From contig CM060733.1 in the NCBI GenBank assembly GCA_030704615.1, positions 31,682,001 to 31,746,000 on the forward strand: a stretch of DNA of 64,000 nt. Reading direction: 5' to 3'. Positions 1 through 12,910 of the stretch are shown here, one piece after another. A program made the position numbers and the translations under genes. The number at the start of each line of letters is the position of its first letter. Position 1 is the stretch's first letter. The notes beneath the pieces are model-generated. The model was given only the letters and a program-made list of their open reading frames with translations. It searched no databases and was not told the origin of the DNA. Source of the stretch: Takakia lepidozioides (Eukaryota > Plantae > Bryophyta).

Positions 1-123
1 TGAAGGCACCTTCTTCAACATTTCAACCTATTTTTCGGGCTGTTATCAGGGTCGGCCCTAAAATTTCATGTTGAATTCTGCAAGTTAATTTGCAAGTTAC
101 CTCGCAAAGCAAAGGCGTGGGAT

Positions 124-843
124 GAGGCTTTGGAGACTTGTCAGCAAATGATGCGAGAAAGGATGGAGCCTAGGCCAGTCACATTCGTTTGTGTTTGCAA
201 TGCGCGTGCAATCCTGACAGCCATGGAACATGGGGAAGAGGTCCATGGTGGCATCATCAATGCTGGGATTGTATCAGATGCAATCTTACCAATGCCCTGG
301 TGGACGTGTATACCAAATGCGGGTGCATGAAGGATGCATTAAAGGGGGTGTTGGGCAGTGTGGCTGAACGGAATGTGGTGTCGTAGAGCGTGATGGTGGC
401 ATGCTATAAGCGCTACAAGGGCAGTGGAGGGAGGCTTTGGAGACCTCTGAGCACATGTGCAAGCTTGGCAGCCCTGGAAAATGGAGAAGAGGTCCACGGT
501 GGCATCGTCAAAGCTGGGATTGTATCAGATGTCAATCTGACCAGTGTCATGGTGGACATGTATGCCAAATGCGGGTGCATGAAGGATGCATGAAAGGGGG
601 TGTTGGGCAGTGTGGTTGAACAAATTGTGGTGTCGTAGAGCGTGATGGTGGCATGCTATAAGCACTACAAGGGCAGCAGAGGGAGGCTTTGGAGACCTCT
701 GAGCACATGTGCAAACTTGGCAGCCCTGGAAAATGGAGAAGAGGTCCACGGTGGCATCGTCAAAGGTGGGATTGTATCATATGTCAATCTGACTAGTGCC
801 GTGATGGACATGTATACCAAATGCAGGTGCATGAAGGATGCAT
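124..843 (+). pseudogene. Tandemly duplicated PLS-PPR pseudogene fragments (3 units, ~252-307 bp)
   Basis: GAGGCTTTGGAGAC recurs at 124, 431 and 683. Translations such as [45 protein letters not shown] and ERNVVS* are PPR L/S motifs with stops and frameshifts. Confidence 0.85.
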
Positions 844-3466
844 TGTCGATCATTTTTTTAAAATTCTAATTAAAACAACGTCTTCCATATACATTAGTGT
901 ATATTTTATTGAGTTGAGTACAAATTATAGCAGAAAATCTTCAAGAGGTGAAATATAGCAATGACAAAGCTGGAGTAACTATCGGAGGAAGCCGGATGTG
1001 ATAACGGCTTCTTCCTCAAAGAAGATCAACGACATGTTTCAGGAGGATAGGAAAATTCAGACTGTGAACCGGATTCGGATTTTTGAAAACCCATCTCTGG
1101 CGACTAGTTTGTCTGACCATGGGAGGCTTGGCAACGGAATTGTCATTCCGGAGGATGTTGTATCACTGGAGAACCTGCAGAAAGTGACATCCCATCATAG
1201 AGAGGACTAGCCCAATGACAACTCCTTGATTCCGGGGTTGACAGACCATGTGGCATTGGAGTGCATCGCAGAGGAATGCAACTTTTGGGCGGACAGTATT
1301 CTAGAGGTTGTATGGAGGTATGATCTAGAAATCAATGAGTAGTCTTCAGCGCCAAGAATGATTTAGGATCGATGTCTTTGTAAGTTATGCAGGAAAATAT
1401 GCTTATCTTGCTGGAGGATCTCACCAACAGACGACTCTCAGAACAACGCTACAACTCGCTACTTCAAGCATGGGAACCTCTCCCCGATCTCAAAATAGCA
1501 CGGAAAATGGATCTAATGGGAAAACAAGGATAAATGCTAACCGCTGGATACTGGCTAATCAAGGGTAGCGATCCCACTTCCCAAACGGATGAATAACATG
1601 GATGAGAAGCAACATTCATAAGGACTTAAAACGGACAATGTACCAACTTAAGTTGGTCATGTGCCAAGGTGGAAGATAGATGAAAATTATGGAAGGATGA
1701 AAGTTACAGACAGATGAAATTAGTGGATGGATGAGAGATTACAGGCTGGATGACAAAAAAATAAAATGGATCACAATGACAATGGATGGAGGAAAAACAC
1801 GTGGTTCGATTTGGGTATGTTATAATAATGGACACTCTAGGAAAAATTAATTAAAAACTTTAACTAGGTGTCGGTGCTTAAATGCACCAGTGGTGATTTA
1901 TTTATTTTTTTGAGAAAGGGATGGATGATAGCCGTCAAAACAAGTGACGGATGGAGGGCGACGGGCTGCTATAAATCAGCCGGCGAACAGGGACAATCCA
2001 ATCTCTCTCTCGCTCTTCCTTCACTCTCTCTTTCTCTCTGCCTCCCATTCTCCCTTTGACAAACTTAGTTAGTTTAGATAGAACCAGAGCTGAAAACTCT
2101 GATTCAACGTTAATGTGGTGTTTAACGTGGGCTTGAAAGTAATAGGGACTGCAGTACGACGTTTTACCTGTAGAGTCATACTGGTCCATAGTTCAAGTTA
2201 TGGTCATAATTGTTGGGTAGATTTTGAAACACATGTATCGTATTTGTTTCTTTTACCTTTGTACCACCGTTTTGGAATTTAGAAAGCCCACGATTGCAGG
2301 ATTGCCAGTTGCCTACAGGTACCCACATTTCAAGTTCAAGCATTTTAGCACCTTGATGATCTTTAGAAAAGCTCCCTCGTATTCAAGTGTGCGTCAAATC
2401 AGGGTATCTAGACGTGCATTTTCCGTTTTTATTCAGGCTTGAACTGGTGTCATACACGGGAATAGTTATCTACCTGAATCGTTTTGTTACGTGAACTTAC
2501 TGGTTAGTGAATTTGCTCGCACCCTTGAGGTTAGGGGTTCAAATCCCTCTTCTTGTATTTCTATCTGTAGTTAGTTTTTTTTGTTTTCTCGTGTTTATTT
2601 TCATTGGATAGATCCTAGAAATGAATATTAAGTAGTTAGATTACTACTTGTACTCTCACAAATCCACCTTGGTCTGTTGGTTAGGGACCTCTGTTGCATC
2701 GCCGAGGTTGGGGGGGTCAACTCTCGTTTATTGCAACTTAGTTGGTTTTGCTTATATTTAAAAAAAACCCTTGAAATAGCTCTATAAGTAATTAAATAGG
2801 CTAGTTAGTTTTGAATGGTTCTTGATGGACTTATTAGTTAGTGGTTTAGCTTGCACCTCCGAGGTTGGTGGTTCAAATTGTCGCCGCACTGCTCCCTCTA
2901 AGCAGTTTTGATTCTCTCCTTTTATTTTGGTTATACTAAGATTGTTTGTTGGGCTGATCTTTTCCTTAGAATGATCTAATTGCTTATCTATTCTTGACTC
3001 ACATAAATTAATGGGGACTAGTAAAATTAAAATAAATCAATATCCCTATCTTTTAAACGTAAATATATACATAAAATCCTCCAAAAAGAAAACAAATAAT
3101 TAAGTTGGTTGGTTGAAATTAAATTTTGTTGTTTGCTTAATAACTAATATTTACACTAGGCTATCTTTTTTATGCGTATATGTATATATATATATATATC
3201 TAAAAATCATAATTATTTATCCCGAAGTAATTATACATTCATCTTACTTATTTCTAGACTATTGTTTTCGTAAATACGTCAATGAGTTAGCACTAACTGT
3301 TGGTTACAAATTACAAACGCAAACACTTATAACATAGAAAATTTATAAATCCACACTAGCAGCACCCTTGGAGCTAGGTGGCGCCTTCGGGACCTAACCT
3401 GACTCTGTCTAACACAAACCTTAAATTAAGTATGCAACTGTTAATGGGGTACATTAATGGTTGACA
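844..3466. mobile_element. 2.6-kb TG...CA insertion with 5-bp TSD (solo LTR or non-autonomous LTR-derived element)
   Basis: Starts TGTCGATCATT and ends AATGGTTGACA (9/11 inverted match). Flanked by TGCAT at 839-843 and 3467-3471. Removing it restores the PPR unit ATGAAGGATGCATTAAAGG seen at 328. Confidence 0.85.
1211..1510 (+). pseudogene. F-box/kelch-repeat protein fragments inside the insertion
   Basis: DNSLIPGLTDHVALECIA is an F-box start. VVWRYDLEINE*SSAPRM, YAYLAGG and RYNSLLQAWEPLPDLKIARKM are kelch blades, with stops and frameshifts. Confidence 0.75.
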
Positions 3467-3775
3467 TGCATTAAAGGTGGTGTTGGGCAGTATGGCTAAA
3501 CGAAATGTGGTGTCGTAGAGCGTGGTGGTGACATGCTATAAGCGCTACAAGGGCAGCAGAGGGAGGCTTTGGAGACCTCTAAGCACATGTGCAAGCTTGG
3601 CAGCCCTAGAAAATGGAGACGAGGTCCACATCGTCAAAGTTGTAGTGATTGTATCAGATGTCATTCTGAAAGTTGCCCTGGTGGACATGTATGTCAAATG
3701 TGGGTATATGAAGGATGCAAAGGGAGTGTTGGGTAGCTAAGGGGCTATATGCAATGGGGTGTCATGGAGCATAGT
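3467..3775 (+). pseudogene. Fourth PPR pseudogene unit, continuing the array after the insertion
   Basis: Near-identical to the units at 340-843 (ORF 3522-3740: CASLAALENGDEVH...VDMYVKCG). Confidence 0.85.
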
Positions 3776-3919
3776 GATGGCAGGACTTGCAAATTTCACC
3801 TGGATTGCACATGAGGCAAAGCTCGTTAATGCTTCTACCAATTTTTTGTCTTTGTTGTTTCATTTTCTCATTGAGTGCCAATTCTAAAGTTCCCACTGGC
3901 CCATTTATTGGTTTTCTCA

Positions 3920-4570
3920 CATGCTTGTGGAGGGCTAGATTGTCTTGTTTATCTCCTTCCATGTTTTGAGCAGTTTTTTATCATCTTATAAGCTCCATCA
4001 ATAATGTTTTTTGGGCTGCTTGTGGAGGGATGGTACCTTCAGCTTGTTTCATTTGCAGTGGTCAGTCTCAACTGCTTGTGGACGGCTATGTCATTTTTGT
4101 TTCAGTGTGTCATTGAATAATGCCTCATCCCACAAGCTGTTATTCTGGTTAGTGGGCTACTTCCCGAGCATTGTTTGATGGGCCTCGTATAGTTTGTGGA
4201 GGTCCTGATATGTTTTGTTTCATGTTTTTATTGGCAACAATCATTTTTTTTGGCTGTGGGAGGGGGTTGCTCGTGGTCAATCTCACCTCAGCCCAAGAGG
4301 TACACTATGGTGTGGGCATTTTCTGGAGGTCTCTTTGTTGTTTGTTTCTTTTTTTTCAGTGGCAAATTTTGTGCAGGGTTGTTTATTGTTCTTGATCCAT
4401 TTTTTCTAGTTGCAAAGCTGGACGTTTGTCACGCAGGCTTGTGGAGGCCTATTTCATTTTTGTTTTTTGTTTTCCTACCATGTTTTGTTTCTTGTTTCAT
4501 TGGCAATAGTGCCAGTGTTGTGGGCTGCTTGCGGAGGGGCCTGGAGGGGGCTATGTCATTTTGTTTCTTG
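3920..4570. repeat. Degenerate T-rich repeat region with recurring GCTTGTGGAGGG motif
   Basis: Motif variants near 3923, 4017, 4074, 4437 and 4527, often followed by CTATGTCATTTTGTTTC. Confidence 0.5.
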
Positions 4571-5679
4571 TTTTCCTTGAACAATGCATCATCTCATAAG
4601 CAGTTTACTGCTTTCAGGGATGTCCTACCAGACCTCTATGGGGTTTTGAACATGCCTTTGTAGAGTGCCATTTCTTGTTTTAGGGTTGCTTATACCAACC
4701 TGAGGTCTTTCTTGTTTTATCTGGTCACTTGTATCATGGTTTCTTCAGTCCATTATCTAGTTTAGTATATCAGATTCACATGCTTATGAAAGCCCATTGT
4801 CGTGTTTGTTATACTTATTGATTGACAAATCCCTCAAGTCATCCCATGGGACTGGTTTTGGGATGGTTATAGAGGGCATGTACCGCGATGGTTTGCATTC
4901 ACCTTATCATGTCATCCCAAGAGGTACACGTTGGTTCTTGGTTATAATGCCATATGTCATCACATGAGCTGTTTGGGCTTGTTGGTACTTACTGGGCATC
5001 TTTAACACTCTTGTAGTTGACAACATGACACTAGGTGTTTTACCACTTACCTCTTACTCATGCTACTAGCCTCAGCAGTTTTGTAGCGCCTTCACCTTAT
5101 GTCAATATTGTGCATGAATGCTTGTTGCTTGGTTTTATCTTGTAGAATAATAGGAATTTCTGGTTGAGCTACAATCTTAAGAAAAATTAGTGTTTTCTTC
5201 CATCGATATACTTTGTGATATCCTCGATATTGCTGCGATAGAGCAGTGTTCCTCGATATTTTGTAAATAGCCGATAGTCTGTCTTTGACTGAATGATAGA
5301 AAAAAATGGATGAATGACTATTTTGGATGGATAGAAGAGGTTGAAGCAGTTATAGAAGTTGTTGGAACAACTCTGCTATTTATTTCGTTCATGTGAATCA
5401 GATGGTGTCAGATGAGCCGGCGAGCCGTGACCAGAGCAGTGAAGAGTGAGTAGGTGCTAGAAGATAGAGTTATTTCTCAATGGTAGATTAGCATGACGTT
5501 ATTGTGGTATAATGTTTGTGAATGAATGGAAGAGAAGAAGGAGAAAAATGAAGACTTTCAATTCAATTTACTCTGTATGAAGAATGGAATGATGAAATGT
5601 AAATCCAATTCTGAATGCAATGATTGAAGAATTATAATTGCGTGAGATAATGAGAATGTGCATAAATGGAGAAGATAAG

Positions 5680-6615
5680 AATTCTGTGTGTGAATTAATT
5701 CCTGGTTTACTTAAGAGATATATCAATTCGGATATTTAGAAGTCTATTATGTAATGATGCAGAGTTAGTACGAATAGAGAGTGTGAGTAAAGCTGGAAAA
5801 AAGAAATATCAATTCTATATAAACATCGTCAATTGGGGCGTAAGTGGATTAATATGTGGTGTTGTCCTTTAGATGGATATCTAGAATATATGAAAGAACA
5901 AATAAAAGACCTTAGGATATAAAGTCTTCAATTGAATTAATTGAGAGGGAATAATGGTGAAGTAAAATCATTTGTATGGCAGTGATAAATGATGAAGGGA
6001 TAAAAGGATTATCACAATTGATTACTGATTTACCAGATCATCTATCGATAAGAATCTTCCAGAAGCTTTATTGTAGTGATAAAGAGATATTCTCATTACA
6101 GCTAGTCAATAGATGATGGTACAGAGAGTTATCAATTATGTACATGAATTGTTATTGGAAGCACAATTGCTTGCACATGTGGTATCGATCTTTTGAAGGC
6201 TATGCTGAACTAATGGGAGAATAGAACAAGACCTTTGGTGAAGGAACATCCCTGGAGGAACTGAAGAAGCAAGATTGGTGGTAAAGAACAATTGATAGTA
6301 ATGTGTAGAGGAGAGATAATGGAAGATCCTTTAGAGTTAATTACTGGATTACCTAATAGTTTGTCGATAGATATCTTCAAGAGACTGCGTTGTAGTGACA
6401 TAGAGATAATTAATCTACAGCTTGTGAGTAAAGGGTGGTGTAAAGAACTATTAACTCTATATCGAGCAGATTACTGGAGGAGGGAATTAGATAAACAATG
6501 GTATTTAACCTCAGCCGATGGAATAGAGTTAACTAGTAGAAGACGGAGGGAATATTATCGAGACTGGAAGGATATTAATCGCGTTAGATTGAGGAAGTCT
6601 GGTGGTAGAAATTGA
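5680..6615 (+). pseudogene. Three tandem diverged F-box-motif units (~320-bp spacing); third has an open 107-aa ORF (6292-6615)
   Basis: ELIPGLL..DISIRIFRSLLCND (~5690, frameshifted), QLITDLPDHLSIRIFQKLYCSD..LQLVNR*W (~6015) and ELITGLPNSLSIDIFKRLRCSD..LQLVSKGW (~6335). Confidence 0.65.
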
Positions 6616-6692
6616 TCTATTAAGGGATTAGAGAGAAATAGAATAGTATATCATCATTATTTTGCAATTGTATAGGGCTTTCCCTCCTGCAG

Positions 6693-6796
6693 ATGATGTT
6701 GTTGTGAACATGTACATCAATCAAGAGAAAAAGTTTGCATTTGTGGAGATGTGGATGGTTGAAGAAGCTAGCAATGTCATGGCCCTCGATGGTATG
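6693..6796 (+). pseudogene. Isolated exon fragment of splicing factor U2AF large subunit (RRM)
   Basis: After the CCTGCAG acceptor it reads DVVVNMYINQEKKFAFVEMWMVEEASNVMALDG, resembling the plant U2AF65 motif DAVVNVYINHEKKFAFVEMR.VEEASNAMALDG. Confidence 0.75.
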
Positions 6797-7036
6797 CATA
6801 CTACAATTGTGGTTAGGTATCACTGCATACTATACAGTTAGGTGTCCTAGACTTGATTTGTGCAGAGGCATGGATAGCTGAAGGAGCAGGGATAGAGTAT
6901 GGGTCTAGATTCATCCAAGAGGGTCAGATTTCAAGCAAAAGATTACGTATGATTCCCTGTGGATCAGCTGCAAGAAACTTGCATGTGTAGATGGTCAACT
7001 GGAAGTTGTAGCAACAGCAGCACAATTGAGAAAACC

Positions 7037-7330
7037 AGGCACTAGGACCTTCTTCAACACATTTTCACCCTGTTTTTCCCTCTTATCAAAATCGGCCCTA
7101 AATTTCCATGTTAATTCTGCAAGTTAACTGGTTGAGTAAATCTAGTTTGAGGTCTATGGTGACATCATCAAAGCTAGAATTGTACTAGACATACCTGGAA
7201 AAAAGAAAAGAGCTCCATGGTGGCATTGAGGATGTAAAGGGGTGTTTGGGAATATTGTTGACAAGATCATGGGGTGTCATGGAACTCGATGATTGCAGGA
7301 TATGCCCGGAGTATGCCCGACATGGTCATT
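7037..7330 (+). pseudogene. Further degenerate PPR pseudogene copy
   Basis: 7037-7128 resembles 5-90 (CCTTCTTCAACA...TCGGCCCTAAA...AATTCTGCAAGTTAA). It is followed by VYGDIIKARIVLD and VSWNSMIAGYA. Confidence 0.65.
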
Positions 7331-8949
7331 TTGACTTCAGTTTTTTAATCCCTTTATAGTGGAATAAATTTGTGAGACCTAAAGTTTTGAATTTTTTTGT
7401 TTGAAACACTTTTTGTAAATGCACATCCTAGTTACAATTGGAAGAAATCTCAACACCAATATATATTGTGTAGGAAGGGAGAAACATGGATCACCGCCCA
7501 AACTGAGATCCCTTCCCCCTCCCCATGATCATCAAATATTTTGAAATTCGGAGGTGCAGGGACCATGTTCCTGATGGTCTCTGACTCTCCTCTGATGAGA
7601 ACATTTAACTCGGACATGTTGTGGACCTACGTATATCTCCAGTACTGCAAAACTGATACCTATTGTTGCAACCAGTATGTTCTTCTTCTTTCATAGCAGG
7701 CCGCAGAAGTCAAGTTGTTTCATGTGACTTAAGGTTGCTGGGAGCTTTGATGGTCATTGTGGTTGAACGAAGCTGCCCACTTTATAGTTTCGTGACCTCA
7801 GATCATGCGATGTCTGATATGAAGGGGAAATGAAGGTTCTTTGGATTGAGAGTTGGTCTAACTGTCTGTGGGTGAAACACAACCAGCTGCTGTGAGAGCA
7901 GAGTTTGGTTATAGTTCTAAGTCCATGTACGCTATGGAGTTCCAGGCAGGGACACAACAGGTTGGTACAGTTCATTTTCATGTCACATGAGACGGTGATT
8001 TCCTTCTCAAAATGTAGCAAGAAGCATGTCATCTCTTCTAGCATGTCTGCAGTATGCCTAAATAGATATGGTCTCGGAGTAAAGTGATCACTGATATGCT
8101 CGCTGTGGGAGTATGCAGAAGTATGTTGAGGTCTATTAGCAAATACCAGAAGGGTGATTTTGAATAGGTTTTTGTCATATGCCTTTGGAATGCAGCTTGT
8201 GCCAGCCTAGGAAAGAGGTGAAGACAACATGCAAGCTGGGGTTGTATTATGTATAATCTGGAGAATAACAAGTTAGGTGCATGAGAACCATATGCGACAA
8301 TTTTTTTGTTTTGTTCTAATCATGGTCGTTACGGACTCATGAGTTTGTGCATTGTATGGGACGATTTTGAGGTATTGTCTTAATACAATGTCACGTGCTC
8401 ATCATCATATTTATTTCTTTTCGTGCTTTAATGGGATGACATGTATGTTCTCTAGTCTCAATCACATCGCAATGGGATGATCAATGGCAGTGTGCGGGGG
8501 ATTGTGTTGGTTGCAATACTGTAATAGGGCCATCGTAACATCTGTGTTGTTATTCGGAGACAGTAGAAATAGTATTGTACATGTATAAACCACAAGTCGC
8601 AGCCCCCAAGTCACTGCAACCACTACAAGTGCCTGGTTCCCAACCCACAGTCGATGTATATCACTAGAAAAGTAGTGCATTTCAAACCTCCAGTTACATC
8701 TGTCCCTTCAACACTCTAGTTGTCGACTCCGTTGCAAGTCGTAAAGGCAACTAGCAGACAACTCATCGCCCCACATGGTGTGGCCTCAGGCCTGCACGTG
8801 GCCACATCCGGAATGCCACGACAAAAAACACGTGGAGTACTACCGACACATAGCATGCGGCTGCCCAGTGCGGCGGCGCCACATGGCCACTCCTTAAAAA
8901 ATTACCCCGCAGTCGGCGGAACGACTCCGACCACGTACTGACCGAAGTG

Positions 8950-9548
8950 ACTGGGCTGTCTGAAAGATCTTGGCCTTTCGGACTCGTAGTCGCCCAATTG
9001 TTTTCTGACTGAAACAACTTGGTTTCTAGTCGTTTCTTGAGTTGTTATTTCGGCGATTCCTACTAGTTAAAACTTCTCAGCAGCCTTTCGGATCATCCTC
9101 ATTGACAATGCATGGAATGATGTGATCCTTGACTGACAACCATAGGATGGCAAGGGCCTTGGCCTTCAGTTTCCTCTAGACGTCATCGTTCTCATCATCA
9201 GGTTTTACTCCTGAGACAAGAATGTCCCACATCTCCTCTTTCTCCAAAATAGTCTGCGTGACTTTGAACTTCCAAACAGAATAGTTGCTTGCTCCATCAA
9301 GCTTTTTAGCTTCGGTCAGAGAGATATCAACGTTGGAAGAAGTAATAAATTCAACTTCCCGCATTCAAAGATAGAAATAGAAAGAAAGAGAAGCCAAAGT
9401 AAGCAGACAATGTCTCAACAAAACTCTCTTAAGGAGCAACGCTCACTTACAGCATAATCACTCACTAATCCACTAGTGGAGTAAAGCTCACACTCGTCCC
9501 TCAAGGATCTTTGAATGTGGTGTTACCCTCAACACCGCTATGATACCA
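8950..9548 (-). mobile_element. Ty1/Copia remnant: PBS and gag N-terminus
   Basis: Minus strand reads ...CTACA|TGGTATCATAGC (tRNA-iMet-type PBS, 9548-9537) right after a CA LTR end. Gag reads KLDGASNYSVWKFKV..ILEKEEMWDIL..KAKALAILWLSVKDHIIPCI, with stops. Confidence 0.8.
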
Positions 9549-9739
9549 TGTAGAAACAGTAAAACTAGCACTACTTCGACTATCTAACAAGGAGGAAAGC
9601 TCGACTAAAATACTATACTACAAAGGGAGGTGAAGTAATTAGAGGGTCAGTGTCAACTAATGAGGCTTACTCGCGGCTTGATTCAATTTACTAAGGGAGC
9701 CGTCTAGTAATTAATCCTGCCAAACCAGAGCCGTCTAGT

Positions 9740-10020
9740 GATAATACCACTGGCAATAGACACTTTGTCATCTGCCATCTGCCAGGGGATGGTGTCCCAC
9801 GATGAGAGTGGACTGTACCAACACATTTATAATCGATGTGGCATCTCCAGGCTCGGATTCTACAATGATCACGTCTGCAAATTCTCCTATGAAAGTTGCC
9901 AATTGAGTGTACAACCCCCATACATGCTACACAAGGCATGGCAAGTGGTTTCCCAGCTGATCACCTGGAAACGACACAAAACCAGTTCCAAGCTCCACAT
10001 TTGGGCCAACGCGAGTGTGT
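9740..10020 (-). pseudogene. Highly degenerate PPR fragment
   Basis: Pieces GPNVELGTGFVS, VISW and EPGDATSIINVL resemble PLS motif consensus. Confidence 0.4.
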
Positions 10021-11143
10021 CCTTTGGACGCCGACTCACAAAGTCGCATGTGACGCACTTTGCAAGCTATAGATCATACGTTTCCACCTCGTTTCCATAG
10101 TGAATTAGTTCTTGCGATTTTGACCTGTCTTTGAAACAACCCTATAATTTAGGCAATGAGCATTCTTTTCCATAACACTGTTTTCCTCCACCACACCCAT
10201 GCCCGAATACATTGGCAAGACATTCGTTAAATAGAAACCTGCTCTACTCCTCAAGAATCAACCCGTCACACTCCGATGTCTAAATCTCATGTGGATGAGA
10301 CGAGAGAAGACTTCTTAGGATGGATTGTGGCAGAAGGGAAAGAACAGTGACTGCAAGATGATGAAAAAAATTGAAAGGAGACGGATCATATAAGTTACAG
10401 AAACCGCCCTACCCTAATTTGTGCGAAGCTATCTGTCGTGCACCTAAGCATCGTGCCACAACATACATTGCTGTCCAACCACACTTCATAGCATATAGTC
10501 CTAGAAAGCCATGCCACAATAGTGATACGGAAATGGTGAAAAGAGGAGAAACCACTCTATCACATTATATAAGTCAAGCCAATGGCACCTTTGCTAAAGG
10601 ACTCCACCATACAGACCTCACCCACTCTCCATCTCAAGTACTAGAGCTATGGCGGCGAGAGAGGCCTCGGGAGGCTCGACTAGAAGAAGACGAGCCTGCC
10701 TACATCTCACGTGGAGATAACCTCCCTACGTCCCAAGTGAGGTTCGCCACCTCACTTGGCACATGGAACCAAATGAAGTCCCAATGCCAACAAAATACAA
10801 ATATGAATGTATAATGTCCTAATTAGTTAGAAATAACTATTTCTAACTAATCACAAATAAAACCATGACAGCTGTCGTGCACATAAGCATCGTGCCACAA
10901 CATACATCGCTGTCCAACCACACTTCCTAGCATATAGTCCTAGAAAGTCATACCACAATCGCTCCCCTAGCTGTTGATTAGGTCCTTCTAACATCGGATA
11001 GCTTGCAAGTATCCACCCCAATAAGATAATCGCTTGGTCTTCAATCGCACAAGTCCCAACACCTTGGGATCTATCCTCCCATCCATATGTGGAAGGTGAC
11101 ATGGCGCACAATTGCACACATGGTCCTTCCATACCCTACCATC

Positions 11144-12183
11144 TCAATCCTCCAGAATCAACACTCCTGAAGGCAACACCTCCCTGACCCTTAGAATCAC
11201 ACGTCTTACTGTGACATCCAAGGTCGTAGACGCTGTCTGCTGCAGATACACATAGTCCCCAGGGTGGAAATGCCGAACACCTAGCCGATATCCCCCTCCA
11301 CGTTTAGTGACGTACCTCAAAGTGTCTTGGTGTTGGGCAATAGCAAGGTTCTCAAAAGCCATAGGCATGACTCTCTTGAACAACTCTGCCTGCTGGGCAC
11401 ATGCTTATGTCCACACATCCGGATCATCAAGGTTGAGAACTATTGCCGCCTCCCTGCAAATAGATGTAGGGAAATCCAGCTCTCGGCCGAAGAGAAGAAA
11501 GTAAGGTGAGAAGGAGGCAAGTGAAGCTTGTTTGCTGAACCTATAGCCCATAGCTAGCCAAGGCAGTTGAAGGTCCCAATCTCCTAGGTATCCCTTCTGC
11601 AAACCGTATTTGCGCAAACCTCTCTTGATTGTCTGAACAACTCTCTCCGCCAAGCCATCAGCCTCAGGATCATCCCGAGAAGTAGTGCAGTGATCTATCA
11701 AGGCTTGCTCACACAAAGCCTGAAACTCCCCCAAGAACTCTCTCCCCTGGTCCGTGAGTACCTCGGCTGGAGCACCAAAATGGCTAAGCACTCGATCTAA
11801 GAATGCATACGCAGCTCCCTCACCTGCCTTGTCAGGCAATGCCACCAGTTCAATCCATTTGGAGAAGTGTTCCACCATCACCAACGCATACTTGTTATGG
11901 CAAATCGTCAGTGACAATGGCCTGCGAAGTCAAGACTCCAACGATAGCCCAAACCCATAATGGGTAAAGGATGCAATTGTGGAGTAGGAGTGTTGAAAGA
12001 AGCCCGCACTCTATCACACACCATGCACCTTGCCACTAACTGTTGCACATCCGTGTGCATGCCCCGCCACCAATAATGCCCTTGCAGCAAACTATGAGTG
12101 CGCCGCACCCCAAAATGTCCCAACTTCTCATGGGCATGGCGTACCAATCGCACTCGTTGTGTTGGATGAGGCACAATCCTCAC
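11144..12183 (-). pseudogene. Gypsy integrase (HHCC zinc finger, DDE core, C-terminal region), frameshifted
   Basis: HAHEKLGHFGVRRT...CMVC, WSLDFAG, VLTDQGREF, ADGLAERVVQTIK, and FHPGDYVYL downstream. Confidence 0.9.
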
Positions 12184-12499
12184 TCGTCCATCTTCCCATA
12201 CCCGGAGTAGATGAGTCCCCTCCCACTTGAACCTCTTGGCTCATTGTAGGACCCGATCTCTCTCCTTAGCAGTCACACTGACTGCTGTCTCTCCGGTACG
12301 AAGGTATGCCAACACTGCTGCATCTTCATGCACATCCTTAGCACCACCAAACTCCTCACTAGTCTCTGGATTGTCATGCACGCTATCTACATGACCAATC
12401 GCATGGGATGGACCAGCTTGAGCTCCCATTGTTAGAATGCACAAAAAGACCGATGCATGCCATCCTGGCACCATCTCCTTATCTGTCTCACCATGCCAC

Positions 12500-12910
12500 C
12501 GAGCTCCAGTATCATCATGCTCGCACGTGCATGGATTACAACTCAATCCATCTGCATCCCGATTGACAATACCGGCTCGATGCACCACCTAGAAGTCGTA
12601 CTCTTGAAGCATAAGTGCCCACCGTGCAAGCTTCCCTGTAAGCTTGTCTGACTCCATCAACCACTTCAATGGTTGGTGATCCGTGACAAGGGTGAAGAGA
12701 TTGCCATAGAGGTAACATCTGAAATGTGCCACTGCCCATACTGCAGCTACATACTCCCCTTCATAAGAACTATACTTCGCCTCGGCATCATTGTTCGAGC
12801 GGCTAGCATATGCCACTACGAACTGCAGAAGTCAATCAAGCCTTGAGTTTCTCAAATGCTTCCTCCTGCTCCTCCTCCCATTGCCACTCCTGACCCACCT
12901 TGGTCAACTT
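12500..12910 (-). pseudogene. Gypsy RT-connection and RNase H remnant; RT core absent
   Basis: KLTKVGQEWQWEEEQEEAFEKLKA, then VVAYASRS..AEAKYSSYEGE..FTLVTDHQPLKWL..KLARWALMLQEYDF and HRAGIVNRDADGLS. No YxDD RT motif is visible. Confidence 0.85.

Noticed and set aside
4171-4663. Hydrophobic ORFs resembling membrane proteins
   Set aside because: A by-product of T-rich degenerate repeats.
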